From Clostridia bacterium (GTDB lineage: Bacteria; Bacillota; Clostridia; JAAYHZ01): DNA of 64,000 bases. The stretch covers positions 320,001 through 384,000 of the forward strand of contig JBMNIH010000004.1 in NCBI GenBank assembly GCA_050950825.1, written 5' to 3'. Under the pieces are notes generated by a model. It saw only the letters and a list, made by a program, of their open reading frames with translations. It was not told the origin of the DNA and did not search any database. Of the stretch, positions 37,107 through 47,473 are shown piece by piece. Position 1 is the first letter of the stretch; every line of letters begins with the position of its first letter. The translations under genes and the position numbers were made by a program.

Positions 37107-38578
37107 CGAATCGATATTACATTGGCATTGACTGCGGTACCAGCGGTACGAAAACCGTATTGATTTGCGACTCGGGAGAGATCGTATCGAAAGCCTATTG
37201 CGGATACCCGTTAATAAAGCCGGGGAAATACATGGTGGAGCAGGACGCGAACCGGTGGTGGGAAGCCGTTGTACAAACGGTGTTAAGCTGCTGCCAAGGA
37301 ATCGATAAGAAAAAGGTCAAGGCGATGGCGGTATCCGCCCAAGCGGGATGCGCGGTCCCCGTTAAGAACGGAGCTCCGTTGGATAATGCGCTTTCTTGGT
37401 TGGATGCCAGAGCCCACGAGGTCACGCAGCGGTATTTCGGGTTATTAGGAAACGATACGGTATACGGGAAAACCGGATGGCCCGTATCCGCCGGTATGAC
37501 CTTTCCGAAAATCATTTGGTACAAGGAAAACAAGCCCTCGATTTTCGAAGCGGCGGATAAGTTCTTGTCAACGGTGGATTACATCAATTTCAAGCTTACC
37601 GGCGAATACGTTATCGATCCGAGCAATGCCGCTTTAACCCAGTGCTACAATTTGGTCGACAACGATTGGGATCAAGACATTTTGGGATTGATTGACTTTG
37701 ATAAAGAAAAGCTGCCTGAGATTCTGGATTCCGGTAAATTAATCGGAAAGCTGACTTCCCAAGCGGCAAAAGAATTGAACCTTTCGGAAGATACCTTGGT
37801 CTATTCCGGAGGTCACGATCAATACTGCGTTGCCGCCGGTGCCGGTGTTTTTACCCCGGGAGAAATGCTGATCGCCACCGGAACCGCGTGGGTAAATCTA
37901 GCGGCTTCCGACAGGCCTGTTTTCGATACGGAAAACCATTTGACGCCCGGAAGGCACGTAAGAGAAAATACATGGGGGCTTTTGACATCCGTTCCCGCAG
38001 CCGGAGCCTCCATGGAATGGTTTAACGACAACTTCGGACAACGAGCATCGGAGGAAAAGGAAGATTCGAAGGAAAGCTTCGGGAAGATCGACTCCGTATG
38101 CAGCGAAAGAATGACGCAAGATTCCGGTGTGATGTTTTACCCCGGACAAACGCGTGTAAGCGGAAAAAGAGGGGCTTTTATAGGATTGGGGCTGGAACAC
38201 GATCGCTACGATTTGTTTTTGGCCATCATGGAAGCCGCCGCTTTTGAAGTACGGATCAAGGTTCAAGCCTTTGAAAAAGTAATCGGGGGCATTCGTTACC
38301 CCATAATGACAGGAGGTGCAGCAAAAAGCAATTTGTGGAGAACCATTTGTGCATCGGTGTTGGATAGGGAGATTTATGCCGTACGCGAACCGGATATGGC
38401 CGCCATCGGGGCGGCGCTTGTTGCGGCATTCGGATACGGCGAATTTGAGGACCTGACAAAAAGCGTCAAAAGGATAAAAATAGAGAGAATCCATGTATCA
38501 CCGGATCCGAATTATGTAAAAAGGTATCGCGAAAAATACGGCAAGTACCTGGAATTTCGAAGGTTTTGTTTGGAGTAG
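37103..38578 (+). CDS. FGGY-family carbohydrate kinase (xylulokinase-like)
   Basis: IGIDCGTSGTK, EQD...WW, W.D.R, GGHDQ, GTA, TGGAAKS.LW; GTG start overlaps the upstream TGA. Confidence 0.85.
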   Translation: MTNRYYIGIDCGTSGTKTVLICDSGEIVSKAYCGYPLIKPGKYMVEQDANRWWEAVVQTVLSCCQGIDKKKVKAMAVSAQAGCAVPVKNGAPLDNALSWLDARAHEVTQRYFGLLGNDTVYGKTGWPVSAGMTFPKIIWYKENKPSIFEAADKFLSTVDYINFKLTGEYVIDPSNAALTQCYNLVDNDWDQDILGLIDFDKEKLPEILDSGKLIGKLTSQAAKELNLSEDTLVYSGGHDQYCVAAGAGVFTPGEMLIATGTAWVNLAASDRPVFDTENHLTPGRHVRENTWGLLTSVPAAGASMEWFNDNFGQRASEEKEDSKESFGKIDSVCSERMTQDSGVMFYPGQTRVSGKRGAFIGLGLEHDRYDLFLAIMEAAAFEVRIKVQAFEKVIGGIRYPIMTGGAAKSNLWRTICASVLDREIYAVREPDMAAIGAALVAAFGYGEFEDLTKSVKRIKIERIHVSPDPNYVKRYREKYGKYLEFRRFCLE

Positions 38579-38681
38579 AAATATTTTATCGGGTTAAAAG
38601 TTTCATACTTCGTTAGTACTACAGCAGTTAGCCCGGTATCGTTGCGGTAAAAAAAGAAAAAACACGATAGAGGTGAATAAG

Positions 38682-40424
38682 ATGAAAAAGCTGTTGTGTA
38701 TGTTATTGGTTGTGTTGATTCTTTTTTCTCTGGCTGCATGCGCAAAAAAAGAATCAAACGGGGTTTCAAACGATGTGACCACCGCCCAAGAGGAGGATCC
38801 GTTCAAGGAGTTTTATGAAATCTCTTGGTTGGTGCAGTACACGAAGGATTACGAAGAAGGACGTTGGGACGAGTTGGAGCTTGAACAAAAGTTCAACATC
38901 GATTTGAAGGTATGGAACGTGGATTATGACAATGCGGAAGAGCTGACCCTCATGGTATCCGCAGGAGACGTTCCGGATATGGGTTTCTATCCGAAGGACC
39001 CCATTGAACTGTACGAGCAGGGTTTAACAAGAACCATCAACATGGACTTGATCAAAAAGTATCTTCCGGGATATTACAAGATCATTGAGGAATATCCGAT
39101 CGGCCTTATGTTTAACAAGGTACCGGATACGGAAAACGAATACTACGGAATTACCATGGCCTCCGCGTTGAGCAAGTTCTACTATTTCAACCACGCACTG
39201 CGTTTGGATTGGCTGGAGAATCTCGGATACACCATTGACGATTTGACGGTCTTCGACGTTCCGGATAACTTTAACGAGTACGGCAATTTCGACAATAACA
39301 TCTTCTTCTCCAACCGTACCTTCTCCTACGAGGAATTTTTGGACATTAATAAAAGGTTTACGGAAGACGACCCGGACGGTAACGGCGTGGACGATACCTA
39401 CTTTGGAATCAGCCTCGGCTTCCATACATGGAACCGTCTGACATTGGCGACCTTCGGGTTATCCATTGACGGGAATCATTTGTATAAGGACACCTTGACG
39501 GGAGACGTGGTACCCTATTACGCTTACGAAGGCTTCCGAGATTTTCTCGTATGGGAAACCGACGCATTGGAAAAAGGGTACATAAGAAAGCTGCCGGGAG
39601 TGGACAATTGGCAAAACGAAGTCTTTGCGGTATGGGCTAGCGGAAAGCACGGTTACTACGAATTGTCCGCACAAGACGTATTTGCCGAATACAAACCGGA
39701 ATACTCCATGTCCTTGGCTCCCGCATCGGTTTTAAAGGAAGACAACGACGCGAAATTCATCATATTCCCGGGCTTTATCGGTCCTTTGGGAATCGGAGGG
39801 AACACCCGGTACTCACCTACGCCTTACAGGGCCGGCGCTTGGGGTACTTGGAAAATCGCCAAAGAAGTTTCCGACGAAAAGTTGGCGAGAATATTGCAGA
39901 TGATGGAGTACACCCACTTTGATAAAGATGCATATATGCGGTATTTTTACGGTATCGAAGGCATCCATTACAAGTGGTTGGGAGAACCCGGGAAAAGCTC
40001 CATCTTAACAATCCCGAATGAACAGGTTCCCGAACAATACCGCTCGAAAGCCCCGATGAATATTTTCGCTTCCAACAAGTTCTTGATGGATATGTCCATT
40101 TGGACGCTGTTCAGCTCCTACTACTACACGTGGCATTTCTACCAAGAAGAAAACGGTTGGAGTAAATACGACATCGAGCCGTACAAATATTTGGATCGGA
40201 TGTACTTTACGGATGAGCTGTGGCAGCAATACGAAAAAGTAAGCCAAGAAGTTTCCGAAGGTATAAATGCCGTTCGTAACGATTTTTGGAACCGGGCTCA
40301 TGAAGGACAGATTGCAAACATTAACCAAGAGTGGTCCGTTTACATCGATAATCTGCACAAGAACGGACTGGACAAATTGGTTGAAATATTCAACAGCAAG
40401 GATATGGCGGAATTTTTGAAATAA
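38682..40424 (+). CDS. Extracellular carbohydrate solute-binding lipoprotein (LplA-like)
   Basis: Lipobox LAAC, AGD.PD, R.DWLE.LG, F...DPDGNG.DDT, YG.EG.HY. Confidence 0.75.
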   Translation: MKKLLCMLLVVLILFSLAACAKKESNGVSNDVTTAQEEDPFKEFYEISWLVQYTKDYEEGRWDELELEQKFNIDLKVWNVDYDNAEELTLMVSAGDVPDMGFYPKDPIELYEQGLTRTINMDLIKKYLPGYYKIIEEYPIGLMFNKVPDTENEYYGITMASALSKFYYFNHALRLDWLENLGYTIDDLTVFDVPDNFNEYGNFDNNIFFSNRTFSYEEFLDINKRFTEDDPDGNGVDDTYFGISLGFHTWNRLTLATFGLSIDGNHLYKDTLTGDVVPYYAYEGFRDFLVWETDALEKGYIRKLPGVDNWQNEVFAVWASGKHGYYELSAQDVFAEYKPEYSMSLAPASVLKEDNDAKFIIFPGFIGPLGIGGNTRYSPTPYRAGAWGTWKIAKEVSDEKLARILQMMEYTHFDKDAYMRYFYGIEGIHYKWLGEPGKSSILTIPNEQVPEQYRSKAPMNIFASNKFLMDMSIWTLFSSYYYTWHFYQEENGWSKYDIEPYKYLDRMYFTDELWQQYEKVSQEVSEGINAVRNDFWNRAHEGQIANINQEWSVYIDNLHKNGLDKLVEIFNSKDMAEFLK

Positions 40425-40466
40425 TACGGGTTTGATGCCATATAGGAAGGATACAAGTACGGTGAA

Positions 40467-40496
40467 TGACGGGCATGATAACCCACATGCCCGTCA
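40467..40496 (+). other. Stable intergenic stem-loop without U-tract after the SBP gene
   Basis: TGACGGGCATG-8nt-CATGCCCGTCA. Confidence 0.65.
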
Positions 40497-40524
40497 ACCG
40501 TTCATAATGGAAGGGATGGATAAC

Positions 40525-42066
40525 ATGTTAAAACCGGTTAAAAGGTCTTTAAGACAACTGTTAGGCGATGAATTTTCGGACCGATTAAAAGAGGGGGCGT
40601 TGTTTTTCGGTGAATTGACCGACCGAGAAACGGAATGTCTCTTGGAGGAAGAAGTGGATTTTTTACCGGATTCTTTTGTACGAAAAAATACGGAGCTTTT
40701 GGATCGCGTCGGTTCCAAAGTGATTTCGGAAATGAACAGCACGGAAGCCGGTGCCGCTACCGACTCCTTTCAAAAAGCGACGGACACGAAGGCTTCTCCG
40801 GTCGGAGGACTCGGCGTATTTCGATTGGGAGAGGACGGTAGACTCTATTTAATCTCAAAAAGCGAGCATTACCACGCTCCCTTAGGCCACGGCTTTCCGG
40901 GATACAAGCTGCTGGATAGGGCAAGTGCGCTGGGAATCGGGAACGCAACCCACAACAATACCCGAGGATATATTACACGACTGTCGGAAAGAGAACTGAT
41001 TCGGCATGCAAACGGTATAAAGAAAAGCGATGAGAAGACATTGGAGCGAGTTCTTACGAGCCGAGAGGAAAAGGTCTTAAACCGAGTCATTAACCTTCAA
41101 ACCGGAAGCTTAGCGGCGGAAGCGGGCATTAAAATGATGTTGGCAAGGTTCTATTCCTTGGATAAAACCTTTCCGCTGCCGAAATACGAAGACCGAATAC
41201 CGGTTTTTTTGGTTATGGGCGACTACGAGGGCGGAGGTACCGCCAACTACCACGGTACCACGATTTTTGCCCAAACCTTGCGCGACATGTGGCCCGGCCT
41301 GTACAATAAAATGGAAAAGGCCGGCATTATGAAAGTGTGTACCGTAAACATTAACGATATTGATGATTTAAAAAGAAAAATAGAGCGTTACAATCGTCCT
41401 CCGTATAAGACGGCAGGATTTTTACACGAAATCATACTGATGAACTACGGAGCCATACGATTGGAAAAAGATTTTTTGCGGCAAGCTTACTCTCTTTGCA
41501 AAGAATACGACACGCCGGTGATGGTGGATGAAATACAATCCTGCATGTGGTACAAGGGAATGTTTTTATTCCGTCTGTATGAGCTGGACCCGGACTTTGT
41601 CATCGTCGGAAAAGGTTTTCCGGGAGGACGGTTCGCAGGGTCCAAAATCATTACCACTGCCCCCATGGATTCTTTGAATCAATTCGGTGCATTGGTTACA
41701 AACGGCCAAGAAGAATTGACATCATTAGCGTATTTGATTACCATGGTCTTTGCCGAGGAAAACGAAGAACATATGGAAATGATCGGGGAGTATTATGAAA
41801 AAAGGCTTAATGAATTGGCAATAAAATACACGGAGCATATCAGAAGCATTGAAGGCTTAGGACTTTTACAAGGCATAACCTTTGACGATATTGAAAAAAC
41901 CGTTCGGTTCACCAAGTATCTTCAAAAAAGGTGCATCGACATTAGCGCACAAACATACAAAGCGTCATGTCCACCTACGGCTTTGACCAAGCTTCCCGTT
42001 ATATCCGTGAAAGAAACGGTGGATTACCTCATCGCCCGTATGGAGGAAAGCCTAAAAGCATTATAA
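40525..42066 (+). CDS. Class III PLP-dependent aminotransferase with long N-terminal extension
   Basis: LGH, TGS.A.EA..K, YHG.T, VDEIQS, PD.VI.GKG (PLP lysine), G.GLL.GI. Confidence 0.8.
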   Translation: MLKPVKRSLRQLLGDEFSDRLKEGALFFGELTDRETECLLEEEVDFLPDSFVRKNTELLDRVGSKVISEMNSTEAGAATDSFQKATDTKASPVGGLGVFRLGEDGRLYLISKSEHYHAPLGHGFPGYKLLDRASALGIGNATHNNTRGYITRLSERELIRHANGIKKSDEKTLERVLTSREEKVLNRVINLQTGSLAAEAGIKMMLARFYSLDKTFPLPKYEDRIPVFLVMGDYEGGGTANYHGTTIFAQTLRDMWPGLYNKMEKAGIMKVCTVNINDIDDLKRKIERYNRPPYKTAGFLHEIILMNYGAIRLEKDFLRQAYSLCKEYDTPVMVDEIQSCMWYKGMFLFRLYELDPDFVIVGKGFPGGRFAGSKIITTAPMDSLNQFGALVTNGQEELTSLAYLITMVFAEENEEHMEMIGEYYEKRLNELAIKYTEHIRSIEGLGLLQGITFDDIEKTVRFTKYLQKRCIDISAQTYKASCPPTALTKLPVISVKETVDYLIARMEESLKAL

Positions 42067-42092
42067 AGACAAGAAAGAAGGGAGGATTGGTT

Positions 42093-43295
42093 ATGGGTAT
42101 AAAGGTCGGTGTGGTAGGCTGCGGAAGCTTTTCTAAAAGCTTTATCCGCTTGTTTCAAGCCCATCCCTATGTGGAGAAAGTCGTTTTGTGCGACTTGGAT
42201 GAGAGCAAACTAAAGGAACGGGGAGCGGAGACCGGGATTACGGATTTTTCTCCTTCTTTGGATCGGTTGTTGGAAACCGATGTGGACGCCGTCGCCCTTT
42301 TTACGCAAAATTGGCTTCACGGTCCTCAAGCAAAAAAGGCGCTGATGAAGGGAAAACACGTGTATTCCGCCGTGCCGATGGGTATCACCTTTGAAGAAAT
42401 AAAAGATATCGTGGAAGCGGTCGAGAAGACCGGTAATATCTACATGATGGGCGAGACCAGCTATTATTACCCGGACGTTATCTATTGTCGAAACCGATTT
42501 CTAGAGGGAGCTTTCGGCGATACGGTCTATACCGAATGTGAATACTACCATGATTGGGATCACGGGTCGTATGATGTCATGAAACGAAGAGGCGGTGCGA
42601 ACTGGAAGCAGACGGCGGGAAGCCCGCCCATGCATTATTGCACCCATTCGGTAAGCTGCTTCGTTTCGGTAACAAATGCATATTTAACCAAAGTATCCTG
42701 TTTCGGTTTTGTGGATAAGAACAGGGACGGTTATGATCTGTACGGAGAAGGCAAGAACCTATGGAACAATTCTTTCAGTAACGAATCGGCGCTGTTTTAT
42801 GCATCGGACGGATCCATCGTCCGGGTGAACGAGTTCCGAAGGATCGGATATCCCGGTGCCGTAAGAGTGAGTATGTACGGAACCGAAGGATCCTTTGAAA
42901 ACCGTAGCTCCGAAGGATCGAAAAAAGGCTGTGTTTGGCTTACGAAAAATCGGGAAGAAACGGTATGCTTGGATGATTTGTTGGAATGTGCGCCCCGATA
43001 TTTGACGGATGATCCGGCGGTCATTCGAGATGAAAAGCCTGTGAATTTCGCGAAAATTCAGCCGACGGATCAATTGCCGGATTCACTTAAAAAGATCAAT
43101 TCGGGTCACTTTATGTCGCATAATTTTCTCATTCATGAATTTGTTCACGCTTGTTACTACAAGACCATGCCGAAAAATAACGCATGGATGGCGGCTCGAT
43201 ACACCATCCCCGGAATTATTGCCCACGAATCGGCAGTGAAATTCGGCCAAATGCTTACGATACCGGATTTGGGTTGTCCGAAAGAATACAGATGA
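42093..43295 (+). CDS. Gfo/Idh/MocA oxidoreductase
   Basis: VGVVGCG, YSAVP, MMGETSYY, EYYHD, PP.HY.THS; SD GGAGG. Confidence 0.8.
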   Translation: MGIKVGVVGCGSFSKSFIRLFQAHPYVEKVVLCDLDESKLKERGAETGITDFSPSLDRLLETDVDAVALFTQNWLHGPQAKKALMKGKHVYSAVPMGITFEEIKDIVEAVEKTGNIYMMGETSYYYPDVIYCRNRFLEGAFGDTVYTECEYYHDWDHGSYDVMKRRGGANWKQTAGSPPMHYCTHSVSCFVSVTNAYLTKVSCFGFVDKNRDGYDLYGEGKNLWNNSFSNESALFYASDGSIVRVNEFRRIGYPGAVRVSMYGTEGSFENRSSEGSKKGCVWLTKNREETVCLDDLLECAPRYLTDDPAVIRDEKPVNFAKIQPTDQLPDSLKKINSGHFMSHNFLIHEFVHACYYKTMPKNNAWMAARYTIPGIIAHESAVKFGQMLTIPDLGCPKEYR

Positions 43296-43314
43296 AGGGG
43301 AATGAAGAAAGGAT

Positions 43315-44406
43315 ATGGAAAGCAAAAAGATTACCTTGAGCGATATTGCAAAGATAGCCGGCGTCACTATCGGTACCGTAGACAGAGCTATGCATAATCG
43401 TCCGGGTATCAGCGAAGAAACGAGAAAAAGAATATTGGAAATTGCAAAAAAATACAATTACAGGCCGGATTTAATCGGAAGAAGCTTGTCCATGAAGGGG
43501 AAGAAGATAAAAATCGGTGTGCTTTTAAGAAGTAATCCGTCTTTTTTCTGGGATCACGTTGCAGGCGGTATTCGCGCCGCAGCAAAAGAGGTGGAGGTAT
43601 TCGGCGTCGAACCGATCATAGAGTTTTATCAAATTCCGAAGGATTTTACCGATGATGATTATGTAAATGCATGCAGAGATAAGCTAAGAAAATTCGCGGA
43701 GGATAAGAATAACGCATGCATTGTTGTACCGCTCCATCTTCGCAGCTGTTTGGAGGATATCAATTATTTGACGGAAAAAGAGATCCCCACGGTAACGTTA
43801 AACGACGATATAGAGGACAGCAAAAGAATATTTCATATCGGCCCGGATAACTACCAATCCGGACGTCTGGCCGCCCAATTGGCCGGAGATTTTCTGGCAG
43901 GGAAAGGAAGGGTGTTGTTGTACACGGCCGGGTATTCCTCCTACGGCTACTACTATAGAAAAGTCGGGTTTATGGATAAAATGAGGGAGTCTTTTCCGTC
44001 AATCCAAGTGGTAGAAAGGAATAACAAAACCATTGAAGAAGCGTTTTTCGGAGAAGACATCGATATTCGCTCCTTTGATCTTGTTTGCAACGTTGATGGA
44101 GATACCGTATCGAAGGGTGTAGATCTTTTGGTGCAAAGCAATGATATCCGAAGAATGAAGTATATCGGGTTCGAAATCAATGACCAAGCCAAAGAATATT
44201 TGTCGAAGGGCTTGATTCAGGGTATCATCAGCCAAGACGGTTTTTCTCAAGGATATTTTGCCATGCGAATGCTATGCGAATCTTTAATCTTTGGTAAAAA
44301 GCCGAAATATGATACTATGTATGTAAGAATCGATATCATTTTAAAAGAAAATATGATTATCAATGACCGGATTGTGAACCCGTACTTCATGGGGATTAGT
44401 GTATAA
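43315..44406 (+). CDS. LacI-family transcriptional regulator
   Basis: TLSDIAKIAGVTIGTVDRA..NR..IS.ETR HTH, hinge Y.P....RSL, sugar-binding domain with GPDNY.SG. Confidence 0.9.
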   Translation: MESKKITLSDIAKIAGVTIGTVDRAMHNRPGISEETRKRILEIAKKYNYRPDLIGRSLSMKGKKIKIGVLLRSNPSFFWDHVAGGIRAAAKEVEVFGVEPIIEFYQIPKDFTDDDYVNACRDKLRKFAEDKNNACIVVPLHLRSCLEDINYLTEKEIPTVTLNDDIEDSKRIFHIGPDNYQSGRLAAQLAGDFLAGKGRVLLYTAGYSSYGYYYRKVGFMDKMRESFPSIQVVERNNKTIEEAFFGEDIDIRSFDLVCNVDGDTVSKGVDLLVQSNDIRRMKYIGFEINDQAKEYLSKGLIQGIISQDGFSQGYFAMRMLCESLIFGKKPKYDTMYVRIDIILKENMIINDRIVNPYFMGISV

Positions 44407-44423
44407 AAAGGAAGGATTCGAAT

Positions 44424-45563
44424 ATGGAAGTTTTTAATGTAGGAATTTTGGGTTTTGGTTTTATGGGGAAAATGCATGCATACGGGTACAAGACCATACC
44501 CTTATACTACGGAGGGCTGCCTTGGAAAACAAAGCTGTGCGGTGTGTGCACATCATCGCCTGCGACGGCGCAGATTGCCAAAGAAGCCATGGATTTTGAG
44601 TTCGCCACGGTGAACCCCGACGATATTATAAACAGAGAAGATATTCATATCATTAACGTGTGCACCCCGAATATTTATCATAAAGATGTCATCATAAAAG
44701 CGTTGAAGGCGGGAAAGCACATTTACTGCGACAAGCCTTTGGCAATCAACTATGAAGAAGCGCAGGAAATCGTGAAGGTGATGAAGGAGAACAAGGACAA
44801 AGGATCCGTTTGCCAAGTCGTCTTTCAAAATCGATTTTTCCCTGCCACATTAAAAGCAAAGGAATTGATCGAAGAGGGGCGATTGGGAAACGTTTTGACT
44901 TTCCGGGCTTCCTACCTTCATTCCGGATCCGTCGACCCTATAAAGCCTATCGGATGGAAGCAGGATAAGGACATCGGCGGCGGAGGCGTGCTGCTGGATT
45001 TGGGTTCTCATATTCTTGACCTGATCTACTACTTGTTAGGTGAGTATCGGTCGGTGTTTGCCAAAACGCAAGTTTTGTATCCGAAAAGACCGGATAAAAA
45101 AGGCGTATGGATTGATATCTCGGCGGAGGATGCCGTATATATGGTGGTGAAAATGAAAAACAACGGCATCGGTACCATAGAAGCTTCGAAGATTGCGACG
45201 GGAACCGACGACGAGCTGCGTTTTGAGATACACGGAGACAAGGGTGCTCTACGGTTCAATTTGATGAACCCGAATTATCTTGAGTTTTACGATAACACCG
45301 CACCGGAAGGCCCTTACGGAGGTATGAGGGGATTTACGAGGATCGAGTGCGTTCAGCGATTTCCGAAGCCGGGAGGAGCATTCCCAAGTCCGAAGGCGTC
45401 CATCGGCTGGATGAGAGCGCATGTTCACTGTCTTTACAGCTTTTTGGACAGTGTGTATAACAAGAAGCAAGCTTATCCTTCCTTTGAAGACGGAGCCTAT
45501 ATTCAATACGTCATGGAAAAAGCGTACGAATCCGACGAGAAACAGTGTTGGACGGAGATATGA
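44424..45563 (+). CDS. Gfo/Idh/MocA oxidoreductase
   Basis: GILGFGFMG, CDKP, GGG.L.DLGSH.LD. Confidence 0.88.
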   Translation: MEVFNVGILGFGFMGKMHAYGYKTIPLYYGGLPWKTKLCGVCTSSPATAQIAKEAMDFEFATVNPDDIINREDIHIINVCTPNIYHKDVIIKALKAGKHIYCDKPLAINYEEAQEIVKVMKENKDKGSVCQVVFQNRFFPATLKAKELIEEGRLGNVLTFRASYLHSGSVDPIKPIGWKQDKDIGGGGVLLDLGSHILDLIYYLLGEYRSVFAKTQVLYPKRPDKKGVWIDISAEDAVYMVVKMKNNGIGTIEASKIATGTDDELRFEIHGDKGALRFNLMNPNYLEFYDNTAPEGPYGGMRGFTRIECVQRFPKPGGAFPSPKASIGWMRAHVHCLYSFLDSVYNKKQAYPSFEDGAYIQYVMEKAYESDEKQCWTEI

Positions 45564-45574
45564 AAATATAAAGC

Positions 45575-45611
45575 AAAAAGAGGCTTACAAAGTACCGTTT
45601 GTAAGCCTTTT
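45575..45611. terminator. Bidirectional intrinsic terminator between convergent units
   Basis: AAAAAG-AGGCTTACAAA...TTTGTAAGCCT-TTT. Confidence 0.7.
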
Positions 45612-45655
45612 GTGAAGGAGAGTATAGTGAAAAAATTATTATAATGAAAAGGAAG

Positions 45656-47473
45656 TTACATGCTTTCGATCCATTTGCCCGAGGCTTTGCGCATATCAAG
45701 CCCGGTTCTTTCCAAATAATTACGTATCTTCTCAAGCTCTAACGGCCTTTTGGTCTTTAGAGTGGTGGTCTTGATCAGATCCTCTTTTGTCATAATGAAA
45801 TAACGAATCATTTTGTATTGGGGAATGGTTTTGTTGATTTCTCGGATAGCTTCTTCAAAGCTTTTTGCCAATTCTTCTTCCGAAGGCAGATTGCCCGAGT
45901 AGTAGTCTTGGTCCACAACGATTTCCGCACAAATTTCCACGTTGCCGTCCGACGCTTTGTTTCCCCATACAAAAGAATCTTTTACTCCCGGAATTTTGTT
46001 AAGAAGCACTTCAAACTCCTCCGGAAACGCTTTTTTCCCATTGGCCAGAACGATCATAGACTTTGCACGGCCGGTTATCTTGATATACCCCTCTTCGTCG
46101 ATGATGCCTAAGTCTCCTGTTTTGAACCAACCGTTTTCGAATACCTCTTCGGTGGCTTCCGGGTTTTCGTAGTAACCCAACATAACGTTGTCTCCGCGAA
46201 CGATGATTTCCCCCATACCGTTTTCGTCCGGACTATCAATGGCAACTTCAATACCGCTCAAAGGATGACCGACGGTACCGGGTCTGTTGGCATAAACCTT
46301 GTTGCAGGAGACAACCGGAGATGTTTCGGTAAGGCCGTATCCTTCCAACAGGGTAATGCCGATTTTATCGAACCAAACGGTTACGGCAGGATCCAAAGGA
46401 GCGGCTCCGGATACCGCAAGCCTTAACGCGGGAGCGAATTTACTCCGAATGGATTTGAACAAAGGCTTGCGAAGGTCCAAGCCCATGGTTCTTAAAAGCT
46501 CGGACAGCGATATTAATGCGTTAACGAGTCGTTCTTTCCCGGCTTTTCGAATGCCTTCTTGCAGCCTTCGGAACATGACATCAAATATGGCGGGCACGGC
46601 TACCAACAGGCTGACGTTGTATTCTTGGAGATTTTTTGCAATATGCTTGATTCCGTCGCAATAGGCGATGCATGCCCCGGTATGAATCATATGGACCAAA
46701 CCGATGGTGTTTTCAAAGGTATGATGATAAGGCAGCAGCGATAAATGTACATCTCCCGGCAATACACGGATGCTTTGGGTAATGGCATTGATATTGCTTG
46801 CGATGTTTTTATGGGAGAGCATGACACCCTTGGCCATACTTGTGGTACCCGACGTAAAGAGCAAGATGGACATTTTTTCCCGATCAATTTCGGCCTCTAC
46901 AAAAGAGCGATCTCCCGAAGCCAGCAAATCTTTACCCGTTTCAATAAGATCGGGGATGGAGGTGAAGTTTTCGCCGTTTTCATCGCTTTGTTTTTCCATG
47001 GAAATATAATAGCGGATACTCGGTGCCCGATGTATTAAATCTTCAGCCATGGCTTGGTAAGACGGACTGTAAAAAATGGCTTCCGCTCTGCTTCGTATAA
47101 TTAAAGCTTCCACTTCGTTTACCGGAAGATGTTTATCGAGCGGTACGGCAATACCCACCCCGTTAACTACGGATAAATACGAAACGGCCCATTCGTAGCG
47201 ATTTTCACCGATAATGGCGATTCTTGCTTCTTTTAACCCCATATTGATTAATGCGGTTCCTAAAGCGTCTACATCGCTTTCCAGCTCCTCGTAAGTTTTC
47301 CCTGTAATATTTCCGCTTTTATCTTTAAAGCGAAATGCATACCGGTTTCCGTATTTTTGGGCGGCACCTTTTACGACTTCACGTAAATCTTGTATGTCAT
47401 CCGACCGATAATATTTTTCACCTTTTACGATTCTCCTACCTTCCGAATATGTTATTGCAGCGCTCTTTTGCAT
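45656..47473 (-). CDS. Long-chain fatty acid--CoA ligase (AMP-binding)
   Basis: FTSGTT..AKGVMLSH, EGYGLTETSP, GWFKTGDLG, ITGR.K; SD GGGAGG favours the ATG at 47473. Confidence 0.88.
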   Translation of the reverse strand: MQKSAAITYSEGRRIVKGEKYYRSDDIQDLREVVKGAAQKYGNRYAFRFKDKSGNITGKTYEELESDVDALGTALINMGLKEARIAIIGENRYEWAVSYLSVVNGVGIAVPLDKHLPVNEVEALIIRSRAEAIFYSPSYQAMAEDLIHRAPSIRYYISMEKQSDENGENFTSIPDLIETGKDLLASGDRSFVEAEIDREKMSILLFTSGTTSMAKGVMLSHKNIASNINAITQSIRVLPGDVHLSLLPYHHTFENTIGLVHMIHTGACIAYCDGIKHIAKNLQEYNVSLLVAVPAIFDVMFRRLQEGIRKAGKERLVNALISLSELLRTMGLDLRKPLFKSIRSKFAPALRLAVSGAAPLDPAVTVWFDKIGITLLEGYGLTETSPVVSCNKVYANRPGTVGHPLSGIEVAIDSPDENGMGEIIVRGDNVMLGYYENPEATEEVFENGWFKTGDLGIIDEEGYIKITGRAKSMIVLANGKKAFPEEFEVLLNKIPGVKDSFVWGNKASDGNVEICAEIVVDQDYYSGNLPSEEELAKSFEEAIREINKTIPQYKMIRYFIMTKEDLIKTTTLKTKRPLELEKIRNYLERTGLDMRKASGKWIESM

